Shown: positions 13,465 to 27,330 of the stretch, in pieces
Position numbering within the stretch: the first letter of the stretch is position 1
How the letters are laid out: every line of letters starts with the position of its first letter
NCBI RefSeq assembly: GCF_006345805.1
Contig: NC_043004.1
Location: forward strand, 14,632,001-14,696,000
Length of the DNA stretch: 64,000 nt
DNA from: Octopus sinensis
Taxonomy: Eukaryota
Direction: 5' to 3'
Notes under the pieces: generated by a model
What the model was told of the DNA's origin: nothing
What the model saw: the letters and a program-made list of their open reading frames with translations, nothing else
Databases searched by the model: none
Program-made: the position numbers and the translations under genes

Positions 13465-13660
13465 GATATTCGTTAGCATATAACGTAATCCACTTTCTTC
13501 CTCATAATGATAACAATAATAACACTAATAAAAATATTTCACAATGTGTACACTGATTTTAAATGCATATATCTATATATATGTTTGTATATATGTATAT
13601 ATATAGAAATATACATACATATATATATGTATATGCATTTGTGTGTATCAATATATATAT
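12300..13660. repeat. Near-identical tandem duplication, unit about 680 bp
   Basis: TATACAGAAA at 12421 and 13098; GTGTATCAAT at 12961 and 13643. Differences are almost all in homopolymers and microsatellites. Confidence 0.92.
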
Positions 13661-14278
13661 ATATATGCATATGTGTACATAGACATTCATACATGCATAT
13701 ATATGTATATATACACATGCATTCATACATGTATATATTATATGTATGTATATACATATTTGGGTTTATATACAGGGATATATATTTATTTGTATTTATA
13801 TATATGTATATGCTTTGTTCTCATTTTATGTATGTATATGATATTGCACGCTTCGTCTTAAGCTTTGATTTGATCATACGCTTAATATAATGAGTATATT
13901 TGACATACCACTTCGTTAGAAATGTCAGCTATATTCAAATAGCCCGTTATGCTTCATCCTCATAGGAATTGCTTTAGAAGGAACTGTCCTCTCAATCAAA
14001 TCATACCTACAAGTCGAAAGGAAATGAACCAATTTCGCAACATGCTTCATAATTAGCATGCCAATCTTGTGTATATTCCCATGAAAGAAATGTATATTCT
14101 CAAAAGAATATGAATATCTGATTTTATTTTATGTTAAATCAGACATCATTATGTGAATCCATTTCTGTATAGTGTTTAGTTCTGATGTATTTAATCTTAT
14201 TTTTCAGCTTCTATATCTTTGATTTTTTTCTTTTCGCCATCTTATGTCTCCCACGACGTTCTCATTTTCCTTTCTCAA

Positions 14279-14565
14279 TTACAAGTAATACTGATTAGAA
14301 TGAGCTTGTTCCTCTATAGGTTTCCATAGCTTGTGCAAAATTGGATGCTGGCCTGGTTTGCACTCTGGTTTATCAATTGGACTCCAATTTCCATCAACAC
14401 AAGTAGCACCACTTGCTCCGTCTAGTTCATAACCACGGTCACATTCATATAATAAACGATCACCATGTCTTATAGTTACAATATAGGCTTTAAATTCAAA
14501 TTTCCCGATTTGGCCCTTTTTATGAATCTTTCCGTTTTCAAGCTTCCCGGGATTTGGGCAAAAAA
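14279..14565 (-). CDS. Terminal coding exon of a lev-9/hikaru genki-family CCP (sushi) protein
   Basis: Acceptor ttcttttattttcag, phase 1. Translates (I)FCPNPGKLENGKIHKKGQIGKFEFKAYIVTIRHGDRLLYECDRGYELDGASGATCVDGNWSPIDKPECKPGQHPILHKLWKPIEEQAHSNQYYL*. It has 4 Cys plus Trp of a CCP, the G-x-x-G-x-F/Y-x-F/Y-x-x-Y insert, and the GATC..G.W.P...P.C..GQHP ending typical of the last CCP of Hig/LEV-9. Confidence 0.9.
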
Positions 14566-16169
14566 CTGAAAATAAAAGAAAGGAAATATAAATCTCTTGA
14601 CTAATTTAAACACAGATCAGATACATTTACGCATTTTATTCTCAGGGAAAAGTAAAACTTTAAATGTTATAACGAATTTTCAGAACTAATTATTCAGAAA
14701 GTGGATATTCATCTCTAATATTAATAGTTTGCTTGAGTAATACAGCAATATTTTCTCTTCTAGAAAATATAAGTAAATCGAAACTCTGAAATAGCGACAA
14801 TCTCTATTATTCTAAACTTTTAGAAGTGCATAACAGCTATGTGTATTTACACACACATACACCGATATATATATATATATATATATGAACCGTCCCCGAT
14901 CGGCTCATCAAAAATCCAGAGAGAACTGATCCCGAGAGGACAAACAATTCTATCAAGACCCCGATTCTGGATCCTATGGGCACAAGACCAGCTTAAGACA
15001 CATTTTCTCCGCCTTGGAAATATGAGGTGTAACAGGCATTACTTTCCTTCTCTCCACAGAAGCAATAAGAAGCCATACGTAGACGCAGTGTGGACACCTG
15101 TAGCCGAACAGAGAGTAGTGTTGATTTTAGCGCTAATAAATAACTAAATGCTGAATATCTTTATAAATTCAAGCATCCCTGTATACTATTGCGTTCGTTT
15201 TCTACTATAGCCTCTGTTGAATCTCTCCCTGTACCTCATAAAATATGTACATATTATAGACCGTATTGAGACGACTGAATTCCCATATACATAATACGAG
15301 CATCGAAGCGAGAAATAATGCATTGTAATATATTAATTCTACGAAATGTAATTGCTTCTCTTTTACTTTAAATTCTCTAATTCATCTGTCACTCTGCATA
15401 TGATGCAGAAAAAAAATAGAAACCTTCAACAGCATCTACATCTGACAGTATTGTAATGGAAAATAAATTTTAAGACACTCAATCTCATCCTCTTTCTGAT
15501 TAAGAAAGGTATCGACTGGAATTTATTTAACCAAGTTTTTGCTGTCAGGTGCTTTGAATAAAACTTATGATGGACATGTAATTGATATTTCTGCTCATTT
15601 TAACTCGTGTCAGACATGTTGGACCAAAATCGTTGCTTGCTACATTGACTATTTTTAGCTATTGCCACCTGCGTCACACTATCATTTACCGTAGTGATGA
15701 AAATAATTATTATCAGTAATAATATATATTCCATAGTAGCATATGTATTTTGATATTCTCGTCTTCTGTTTCCGGTTATTTCTGATTCTGCCATTTGACT
15801 TGTACATTCTAAGCGATTAAAATTTACCATCATTTTGTTACTTGCGTTTAACCATTGAATGTATGATTGGGTTACTACAGATTCAATGATTCAATTCTCC
15901 CAGCTCGGGGGTTTAATTCTCTTGACATACCTGCAGATTTTGTTACTCTTGATGCTAATATCGGTGGACTGATAGAATCAGTAGGGCGTCAGGAAATGTA
16001 CATAGTGAAGGTATTTGGGTTAATCTTCCATCAATAAATTTTTGCCTTTCATTGTTTCACACAACACCAATTAACTGGTTTTTTACCCTTTTTATGAATC
16101 ATAACAATTGTGCAATACATATTATGCAATAAACAAAATAGAGACAATAGTATGAATGCATATACTTAC

Positions 16170-16343
16170 TCTCATCACAGTAAGGTCTCGAACCTACCCA
16201 CCGTCCAAATCTGCATGTCATGTGTAAATCTCCACGTAAGCGAAATCCTTGAAAACACATATATTTCGCTCTATCACCATGCTTCCATCCAATATAAACA
16301 CGCCTTCCATTTTCAATATTTGGCGGCTGAGCTGAGCAAGGTG
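16170..16343 (-). CDS. Penultimate CCP/sushi exon of the same lev-9/hig-family gene
   Basis: atttcag acceptor and GTAAGT donor; 174 nt, phase 1-1. Translates PCSAQPPNIENGRRVYIGWKHGDRAKYMCFQGFRLRGDLHMTCRFGRWVGSRPYCDE and splices in frame to 14565. Confidence 0.92.
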
Positions 16344-16445
16344 CTGAAATGTATAACAGGTACATATATTTATATAATTAAACAAGGTGTGTATATATGC
16401 TTGTATATATATATATATAAATATATGTATGTATTATATATATAT

Positions 16446-16492
<47 letters not shown>

Positions 16493-16625
16493 GTATGTAT
16501 GTACGTGTGTGCCTGTGTGCGAGAACGTGTGGGATTGTGTTTGTCCCTGTGTATATGTAAATGTGTCTGTGTGTATTCATATATATATATGTATATATGT
16601 ATATGTATACACGTATGTATATATG

Positions 16626-16659
<34 letters not shown>

Positions 16660-17099
16660 ATATATATTTACTCTTTCGTATGTGTATAGTTGGCAATGTA
16701 TATTTATGTACATTTGAGAATGAATCTCATTATCGTTATATCGGCTGATGTAATCATTACAAATTTTGATATTATTAAATGTGAATGAAAGGACATGTTT
16801 TTAAAAATAATTATATAGTAATGAAAAAAACAATATGTGAAATTGGAACAGTTACATAGTTATTTAAATACTGCTCTATTCTCCTACATATATTCGTAAC
16901 CTCAGACCATTAGACATTCTGGTTTAAGATTGGGTGTATATGCGTTTCAAAAATTTACGACAGTTAAAGACGGTAACGTAAAGCAAATATAAATATATAA
17001 TAAACGATTCGAAATCACAAAACCGAGTAGCAGATTTTGACCGAGCAGAATTATTGGGCCATTCTAGTTACAAATATTTTTGCAGGATTTGCTCATAAA

Positions 17100-19790
17100 A
17101 TTCCTACCAATGTCATACTTTTCCGTTCATGGGGCCCATAGCTGCAGAGCAGAACCTACAAAGGTTGGAGAAATTATGATCTCCTTTAAGCCGAATGGTT
17201 TGACACAAATCTGAAGTTGTTGAAGGGCAATGAAGCCACCGTGAATAGCACTTTCCGGAGGCATTCCTTTCACTATGCCACTCTGCCTATAAATCGATTT
17301 CTTTTCTCTCACTTGTAAAGCCTATTGTCTCTATAAACAAGTACTTCACAGAGACTCTCCATGCGTTCTAGATAATTTTGCCAAGAGCTTCCTGTTACAC
17401 ACGAGTAGTGCTAGATCTATTGGAAACTATCGTTCCTGTGACACTCCATATTGGGCTCACATCATGGGAAGATTTGTGAAAACTTTTTTGTTGCACTTGA
17501 TAAACCTTCTTACGAATGGTTTAGCTATTAAAACCTACTAACTAAGCCATTAGCCGTGTTGGCTCGGAAACTTTGTGTTAGCAAACACTATTGTGGCGTT
17601 CACCGGTTAAACACATTTTAACCCTCCCTCTATCAGGTTTTTGCACACTCTTTTTATTCTACGTTACTGACATGTTTACCATTAACCACAGCAATGAATC
17701 CTATGCTCATGATAAAACTTATAATGTCTACCGTTACGCGACCAAGCCTCATCTACAAACAGATATGTCACACAAAACTTATACTTATCAATTAAGTATA
17801 CCTTGAAACATTTCTCCAACATCTCAAAGACAACCAGGAAAACAACATTAAAATATCCGATGTCTCTATAAAATTATGAATTTAGCTTTTCGGCAAATAT
17901 CAACTAGCATTCGTGCATGCTCAATGCACCAAAGGTTTAAGTCAAATATTGACCTTCTCCTTCAGAGCAAGATAAAAGTTGATTGTGTAACAACAACCAA
18001 TTCTTGTCAAAGTTCAGTTGAAACACATGGACTATTGTTTCCAAATCTGGGACACGGTTGCAAATACAAACACCAGAGACAAAACTTATCTTGGCAAAAT
18101 TTCCACAAAACTGGTTGGTTAGAAATCATTTTTATCGTGCTCCCACATTTGACCAAGAAATATACTATCACCTCCTTGTGTTTTTTTCCATTTACAACAG
18201 AAGGCCCTGATATATATCTTAGAATATCTACGTTTGTCCCCCGACTCATTAAATTCTTCACTCATTGTTTCTCACTTGGAATGGCCAATACTAAACACTG
18301 CACCTAGTACTATCCTTTCTAAAAAAAGACTAAAATCCACCTTTTGGATTTCTGAATTATGGAATTTTCTTTCTGTGAAACTGCCAAGTTTAAAATTAAC
18401 TTCAGCGATATTTGTAGTCTCGGAAGGTTAGCAAATGCCATATAGATATTCAATTCCAAAAATCAAACCAATATGCAGAATATGAAACAAGATGCGTTCA
18501 GTCAAAATGGCTGCCAATGAATCTAGAAATAATGTATAATGTATCATGTGCATTGATAAAATCAATTCTAACGGCTTGAATAAGCGTGAAGTAATTGTAA
18601 GTTTCCCGAGGCACATACTATTTTGGAACATGAAAGAATTAATGGAAGTTTTTCTTCAACTGCTCAAACAGAAAAATCGTGACCGGACAAACTTGAAACA
18701 AATCTTGTAACCATAGATTTGTTAGACATCCTTATGTATTAAAATGTATTTAGACAGTAATGGCCTTTACTTTGCAGCCAATCCCTAGGAAGGTTTCGGA
18801 AAAAAACTCATACAAATAATGATTAATGCTTGCTTTTAGTAATCGATATATTAGATAATATTTTGCTCTACAAAGTTCACCACTCTACATCCAAAGAATG
18901 CTTGATAAAAAGCCTTTAGCTTGAAAGGAAATCACATAATGAGAAAACGATCAGTAGATCGCTTGAGAGCAGGAAGAAACTTGACACAGTAAACTGAAAG
19001 CTATGTATGAAACATTGACTTAGATGTATCATAATTGTATTGACTTGTAAGAACAGTCCCTATACAGAGAAATGATGCTCACTTGAAAGTCGTGGATGCA
19101 ACGCTTTAGCTACCATATTAATCACCGGTTGATAATCACCGACGAAATGGTTAACAAAGTGCATCAGGATCCAATACTGAATGAACTTTTTAATACATCG
19201 AGTATTGGAGAAACGACTCAGATTAACATGAAACATTCCAATGAAATGCAACTGATTAAAACGTTATTTCGCCAGAAGATAGAATTATGGCTGGTACACA
19301 CTGGAGTTTAATGTTTTTCCATTTCAGACAACTGTTAGGGACAATTAAACTTCTTCATAAACTTATTTAGTAACATTCTGGAATGTCATTGCAGATTTAT
19401 ATTTGAGAGAGGTTTACCTAGACGAGTAGGTAGGAAAATGTAGGAAAATACATAAACCTCCAGAAAATCTTCATGTCTGAACGATTTGGGGCCATATCAC
19501 TATTATCTTCTATTCACCATGACACAAAACGTCAACGATTACTCACTGAGATTTTGGAATCCTACGAAGGTTGGGTTGCAGGCTTAAAGATATTTCACAT
19601 GCATTCTTGGTCGGAAACTGAGCCAAAATTATCTGCATGAGAATACGAATTCAATTTGATATACTTTTGTCTGTTATATACATAATTGTTTGCAATTATG
19701 GCCAGGATAAGAAATGACTCTGTAATTTCTAGCCAACAAGGATGCAATCCTGCCATTTGTGTTATACCGATATTATTGATTCATGAATAT
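17100..19790. other. About 2.7 kb microsatellite-free, decayed coding-like insert (possible ancient TE or endogenous viral relic)
   Basis: Complex sequence with many short broken ORFs and no splice-bounded exon. Not assignable to a family by eye. Confidence 0.3.
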
Positions 19791-20248
19791 TGTAATATAA
19801 GATAACTTAAACTAACATTTTTGTCTCAAAATTTAAACAATAACGCTTAAATATTGGTTGTAGGATATGAGCAATTTTCGATCTTTTAATAAATAAAAGC
19901 TCCCGATCCTAACAAAACAGGCATGTCACAAAAAGAAAAGAAAAGAATAATAATAATTGAGACGAATATCGAGAAAGGAAAATTTTATGATCTCTCAAAA
20001 TTAATATATATATGTTCTTTGCTTGTATGTCTGAATATGTTCAATATGCTTACATACGTGTTCTCGTGTGTGAACAGACGCACTCAGACATATGTTTGTG
20101 TGTGTATATGCAACTTTTCAATGCTGAAAGTTTGCAAGACGCAACGAAAATTTTAGAAAAATAAATAAGTAAATGATTGGAAAATTTACCGGTGAGTGTG
20201 TTAAATAATAAGGCATTAAAAGAGAATGACTCTCCCAAGACACAACAC

Positions 20249-20305
<57 letters not shown>

Positions 20306-20369
20306 GTTTATTTTAGAACTCTTGCACAGTAAAGCATGGGACACGCTTACTTAATTGTGTAGATAGAAT

Positions 20370-20740
20370 TTAGAATATGAAAATCTAATCCTCCGCAGAA
20401 ACGAATAAACTTCATCAGAGAAGACGTTGAATCAAACGAATCTTAATGTATGGATTAATAACATGGACACTCGCTATTATCATGAAGAAAACTCTTAATC
20501 TCACGTGCATCAGAAATGTTACGGACTGTCCTAAACAGTTCATGGTCCTAAAGTATGACTAACAGAGAGGTTTACTAAGACATTGCGTATTTTACGGGCC
20601 CATTATGAAGCGCAAGTTGATGTTTATTGGTAGACGTTGGTGTGAGAAGAAATAGTCTATTCCTGAAATTCTGTGGCAAACGTCTCATAGTAAAGATGGA
20701 AGAGATCGACCATCGAAGAAATAAATCACATGCTACAATA
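20370..20740 (+). mobile_element. Highly degraded RTE-type LINE 3' fragment
   Basis: Broken peptides resembling VES.L.YG..TWTL...MLR.VLN.SW...TN.E.Y...FIG..W...LWQ.SH.K.GR.RPSK, typical of the RTE C-terminus. Confidence 0.5.
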
Positions 20741-20790
20741 TAGTGGATGCACTATTAAAAGTTAAAAATAGCAACAGAATAAGTGAACTA

Positions 20791-20897
<107 letters not shown>

Positions 20898-21548
20898 ATA
20901 CATACATACATATATGCACACACGTGTGACTCTGTGCGTGTGTGTGTTTCTCACTTTCTGTGTATCTATGTATGTTTCTCTAAATCGTCTTCGCCGTTTC
21001 TATAATTACGGTTAGTGATAACAACCTGAAAAACGACGATTAAGGAAGAACAATGGTTGGAAAATATACAAGTAATAACTTAACGCTTCAACAGAGAGAT
21101 AATATTTCTTAGCATTTTGAACGTTAGCTCTTCACCAGAAGAAATGAGAGTAAAAGCATATGAAGAGTGATAAAATATGTATAAGAAGTGTGATAAAGTT
21201 TATTTGTATTGAAAACGAGAAAGTACAGAGGAAGAAAGCGGGAGGTGGGGCAAAATATCGTGGTGGAAACGCTATACAAGAGTCATGTGGGAGAATGGTG
21301 TGTGAGCTGATGCATTTATCATAAACTATTTGCGTTTGAAAATAAGCATAAATATAGAACGACGTGTTAGTTAGCGTGGGATATGTGTTTTCTCTTTCTT
21401 TCATTCATTATTTCTTTCTTTCATCCTTTCATTCTTTCATTATTTCCTTCTTTCTTTCCTTCCTTCTTTCTTTCTTTCTTTTTCCTTTCGTTCCATTTCC
21501 CTCTCTCTCACACACATATATGTATATCTACATACATAGATGTATACA

Positions 21549-21708
21549 GGTGCAGGCCACGCTGTGTAGTAACAAGCTTGCTTCCCAACTACATGGTTCC
21601 GGGTTCAGTCCCATTGCGTGGCCCCTTGGGCAAGTGTCTTCTACTATAAACTCGGTCCGACCAAGTTCTTTTGAGTGGATTTGGCAGATGGAAACTGAAA
21701 GTCCATCG

Positions 21709-21774
<66 letters not shown>

Positions 21775-21982
21775 CTTGAGTATCTGTGTTTGTCCTATCA
21801 CCGTCACTGGACAACCGATGTTAGTGTGTTTACGCCCCCATAACCTAGCGGTTCGGCAGAAATCAGCTATAGAATAAGTACTCTGATTTAAAAGAATTAG
21901 ACCTGGGGTCGATTTTCTCGACTAAAGGCCTGACTCTAGCATGGCCGCAGTCAAATGACGGAAACAATTAAGAGAATAAAAG
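21549..21982 (+). mobile_element. tRNA-SINE family C
   Basis: GGTTCCGGGTTCAGTCCC B box, CCTTGGGCAAGTGTCTT core, internal (TA)n(TG)n, tail GCATGGCCGCAGTCAAATGAC. Confidence 0.88.
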
Positions 21983-22023
21983 TATAGAGAGATGTATATA
22001 TATATTCATATATATATACACAT

Positions 22024-22056
<33 letters not shown>

Positions 22057-22769
22057 AGTATATGTAAATATATATTTTATATATTCGAATATATGTAGAA
22101 ATATGTGTGCGTGTTGTGAGTGTGAGAGGTTGTGTATGAATGTATGTGTATGTGTATGCATAAATGTGTGCACGAATGGAAATATACGAGTTTCATTTTA
22201 GGTGTGTTGCGGCTTTGGCATACGTCTAATATGTCGGAAAGCATGCATACGCAGGGAATAAAGTTATTCAAGAATCGCATGAAGTGACAAGAGCGAGACG
22301 GAATTTCTTATTGATATTTGGGTAAATACACAACAAAAATACAGAGTGAGTTTTCTTTGGAACGATGCTCTAAACTGCAAGCGGAGTAAACCCCATGGTG
22401 CGCAAGGGCAGATCTATTGTCACGACAGTTTCGACACCGTCGAAATATGTAAGCAGATGAGCCAATCACGTAACCAATACCACAGCGCTGCTAGCTGCAT
22501 TCACACCAGACTTAATATCTAAAGGTCTTATGACGTATATGAAAACTAAGTTTCGTAACAAGTGATATCAGTTAATTTATGATGAAGAAAAAAATGGCAA
22601 ATTGCGAAAAACAAGATATAATCTGTAAGTAATCGTCAACTAGATATGCAAGCAATAGATATGCCAGCTAAAGATGAATGATACACTAATAAAGAATACT
22701 AGTAAAATAGGAACGAGTCATGAAAGAATAAAAAGGTAGGGGAGCAAGTAAATATATATAAATAATCAT

Positions 22770-22932
22770 ATACCAAGAGATGGTGTTGTGGATTTCCACT
22801 TCGGCATCTGAAACTCAGAGTTTTATCTTGACTATTGAGTAATTGTAACATATTATTTTAAAGATAAATTTCCTCTATTTACATAATATCGAGGTCTCTT
22901 TCTTTCTTTTGTTATCTTACTGTTTTTACCAA
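22770..22932 (+). mobile_element. Penelope-like mini-element with degenerate hammerhead motif, ending in (TA)n
   Basis: CCAAG-AGATG..GTGG ATTT CCAC..CATCT-GAAA-CTCAGAG-TT-TTATC. The body is homologous to the reverse complement of 59972-60097. Confidence 0.55.
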
Positions 22933-22970
22933 TATATATATATATACATACATACTTATATATATATGTG

Positions 22971-23007
<37 letters not shown>

Positions 23008-25133
23008 GCACAGATATGCATATACACACACATATATATGTATACATATACACACACATATATATACATGTATATATATTTAGAAGCATATGTATATATT
23101 ATGTATGTGTGCATAACTTTGACTTTCCTATCTCCTCTCCCCTCTCTGTCTGTCTATCTGTCTGTCTCTCTTTCTCTCTCTCTGAATATATATATATATA
23201 TATATATATACACATCATATATACATATGCTGGGCAATACACTACAGTTATTTATTAACATAAAATGTTTAGTTTAGTAACAATTTTCTTTCTTTAGGAA
23301 ACCCTCTCCATTAATTAAAATAAATAATAAACTGACATAATAATATGATAATATTTATATAGAAGGCCACCACTCTACTGACTTATCTCTGGGATTCTGT
23401 TATTTTCATTTTCATGTATCCTATTTTTACTTAGTTGTATTATATCTGAACACTAACATTATGCAAATCAAATCTAACAGCAATATCTAGAGACGAGTAA
23501 ATTCCTACTCTCACTTTACGTTTATATTAGAGTTATTGATTTTCGACTTTAAAGGAATTGAGACAAATGATCTTCCATGAAACAATTAAGCAGCGAATGT
23601 TATTAGAACTGACGAACTAGTATCCCAAATTTATTGTAACTGTATATTTATCCAAGTAAATATTGTTTATGTCTAGACATTATCTTATTCTAATAATCAG
23701 CAGCTTTTAGCTAATCGTGATCAGATTCGAAATACGAAAGTAACAAATTACATTGTATTTACAGCGATGGCATATAGATACGTGAAATATTAATTTGGTC
23801 TCAAAAATATTCTACACAGTTTCAACTTCACAGTTATTTTTCACGAAATCGAATATAATTGAAAATCCAATTTATAAAAATAGAAACAAAAATTTATCAA
23901 GAAAATTATGTTCTACGATGTCAATTCTAAGAACTCTATTTCTATTTTCTTCAGAACGTTTTTCCTTAAAAGCTCAGCATCAAGTATTTATGCAAGATGC
24001 ATTAGAATGAATATCTGATAAACGGAGAGGCCGAACAATATACATTGAAGCACCAACTTTTAAAGTTCTACAGAAAAAATATGAAAGAGTTGTTTCTTTT
24101 TTTATTCTTTTTTATCTATAAAATAGACTAAATAGATTTTCTTTCATAAAGTTCTTCACATAAATAAAAAAGTGTGAAATAGCTAGCCCAGATTTTGATG
24201 GAAATAGAAATGTCTTATCTCATTTTTTCCCCTCTATTTTTAAAGCAGCATGAATAAGATGACTTTTTCAAGAAGAATTCCCTTAAGAAATTAAATAAGT
24301 CCTCCATCTTCACAAGAGGCTATATTTGCTTTACTTAATGCGAATATAAAATGATCAATCAGACAGTATATCGATTTGAGGTTGAAGACATGAATCTCGG
24401 TTTATATAAATAAGTAGCATAGGTTTTATTCTCTAGTACAGTATATTGCTAATACGTAATATATCGATAGAGGGAGAACGAGACCTGCGAGGTTTAATAT
24501 CGAATATTAACAAAGCAACATAAAAATTATTTGTAAAAAATAGAGAGATAATAAACAGCAACACGAGGAAATCAAATAAGACACAAAGGCATAACAACCT
24601 AATGAATGGAGATGATAGCTAATTTATTAATGCGTTACGGTTTATTGGAATGCCTTTAGTTGTGCTTACGAATTAGATTATTATGGTTACAGAGATACAC
24701 ACCTCCAAACAGCCGCAGTTGCATCCATGATGTTAGAACTCGATTTCCACTAATGATGTGGCTTCTCTTAAAGTTTCTGGGTAGTGGCTTTTAAGTTATT
24801 CTAGTCCTCTATACTGTATTTCACAGTAATCGAAATATCGGGGGCCTCTTGCAGCTGGTATTTAGAAGGTTACTGCCTATACTGATACATGTCGTAATCA
24901 TGGAATATTTCATTGAATGCTTTGTCTTTCTTAGCTACGGCAATTTATACATATATTATGTAACACATATTAGAAAGGCCTAGAATCACTATGATTCTAA
25001 GAATGAAGAAACCCTTCCAGAGAGCCTGTCTCACTCTCTAATCAATGTGTAAACAAATTCGTAGATGTTTCACAAAAAAATTTTCTTAGACCGGGGAGAT
25101 GCTTAAGCAAAGACTAGCGTTCACTTACTCCCA

Positions 25134-25506
25134 GGCGTAGGAGTGGCTGTGTGGTAAGTAGCTTGCTTACGAACCACATGATTCCGGGTTCAGTCCCACT
25201 GCGTGGCACCTTGGGCAAGTGTCTTCTCTATAGCCTCGGGCACACCAAAGCCTTTTGAGTGGATTTGGTAGACGGAAACTGAAAGACGCCCGTCGTATAT
25301 ATGTATATATATATGTGTGTGTATGTGTGTGTGTGTGTGTACATGTTTGTGTGTCTGCATTTGTCCATCCAACATCGCTTGACAACCGATGCTGGTGTTA
25401 ACATCCCCGTAAGGTGGCGGTTCGGCAAAACAGACCGATAGAATAAACACTAGGCTTACAAAGAATAAGTCCTTGGGTCGATTTGCTCGACTAAAGTTGG
25501 TGTTCC
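25134..25506 (+). mobile_element. tRNA-SINE family C
   Basis: Well-preserved head GGCGTAGGAGTGGCTGTGTGGTAAG, core and internal microsatellite. Confidence 0.9.
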
Positions 25507-25720
<214 letters not shown>

Positions 25721-26000
25721 GAGGACGAAAAGCAAAAATATACAATCACTTAAAATTTGAAATAGGAAGAATCTGGAGTATGAGAATAGTCAAGGTCGTG
25801 TCTGAATTAATTGGTGTGTTGAGAACAGTCAGCAAAGATACAGACAAGTGGCAGAAGGATATTTGTATAGAAATCCCTGTAGAGCTCTTATAGGAGGTTT
25901 GTCTCTTAGGGGCAGCAGGATTTTCAGGAGTGTTCTAAGCATTTGAAATACTGTTACAAAAGTGTGGATACCTAATGTTACAGGTTACCTGCTACCTACA
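25721..26000 (+). mobile_element. Old R4/Dong 3' fragment next to a TAA tract
   Basis: YNHLKFEIGRIWSMRIVKVV..LIGVLRTVSK..DKW......VCLLGAA resembles the RLE C-terminus of R4/Dong. Confidence 0.65.
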
Positions 26001-26129
26001 TAAATCCAAGACCGAAACTGAGTCAAACCAAAAATATTCATCCATTCTTTATTGGGCACAAGGGGCAACCAAGTTGACAAAAACGCGTGTAAACCATAAA
26101 ACGATAACAATTAAGAAGACTATTAGAAC

Positions 26130-27330
26130 AATAAAATCCCCGATGCGGAGAGATACCTTTCAGGGACGATCAAGGAACATCAGAAATCCTAAGACAACTT
26201 TCTCATCAGGTGTGCCAGGGCAAATGCTCCTCTTTCTTTTGTACATTAGAGCAAACAGGTTAATGGTTAAAATGAATGTATTCACTCGTGACGTCCTTGC
26301 AGTTATCAGCCACCCTTTTGCAAATTTACTGCAACCACACTTGCTTTTGCACTTCGAACTTGAAAAAGTCGGTGAGGGTTTTGTCGGATATGAAAGAATG
26401 TTTTCAATTCTTTTAGTTTCCTCCACCACAAAATCTCTAAAAAGAGACGAAATCCACCTACCCTTCTGGGACAAAGGCAGACGGGGGAAGTAATATAACC
26501 GACAGAGTGGGCTGATAATCAGATATCCATAAGTTTGACAATTCCATAAGTCAGCAATGCCGGAATGCTGCTAGCGCATCCAGGATCGTTTCTTCACCCA
26601 GCGCGCATCTCAAATAATCACGGTTTACATCACCACCATGCTTATTGAGATTATTCCAAATAGGTTATGGCTCATGGTAGCACCGACACTCGAGGGATTT
26701 CTGAAAAATTATTCATGAACCTTGGCCTAAGTGAACTCCTATACAGACAAACCTGACTTTTATCGACGCCCAGATTTTCTGTAATTATATCGATGCATTT
26801 CCTCTCTACTAATACTTTATAGAACGCAATGGTGTCATACTCACCAACCGCATTTCCTGACTGGTAGAGGCTGTGACCACCTGACGACCCTTTAGATGCC
26901 AAATACTTTACATCGGTCTAGGCCTTACCCGTGACTACAGCTCTGCAAAACAGGTGAACTGCAGGAGAAGGCTCCTAGCAAAAGGCGACTATAGTCAGAG
27001 CAACGATTGAGATGCCGCAGGCATTATTTCCTACTACATTCAACGTCTTCCACTTAGCGGATGCGGGCAGCAGTTAGATCGTCTGGATAGCGGAAAACTA
27101 CCCCTCCACAATAAGCGGAAGCGCTAGTGCTTATCTCTGGCCAATTATGAGGCGGGGCAAGGCTATCCTCACATCCACCAAGTCATTCTTTACAAATTCT
27201 TCTCTGTTCATTTCTAGGTGCGACTAATTACCTTGCTCATCCTCTCTTTCATTTCCGGTTCAAGCTGGAAGTCTGGACAGAACTAATTCCCGAGCAATTT
27301 AATCAGTCTGACCCCCTAGCGACGTAAAAT
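26130..27330 (-). mobile_element. Degraded 5'-truncated L1/Tx1-clade LINE (ORF2 C-terminus and 3' UTR)
   Basis: AFYKVLVE...LGVD...FMNNF, a decayed knuckle region (KLYKHGG...RC..GEETI) and the ending FAKGWLITARTSRVN, typical of the Tx1 ORF2 end. Confidence 0.6.

Noticed and set aside
22455-22485. Two CCAAT boxes around CACGT
   Set aside because: Short motifs with no linked transcription start or exon.
25975-26493. 172-aa plus-strand ORF
   Set aside because: Antisense to the Tx1-like LINE relic; no independent coding evidence.
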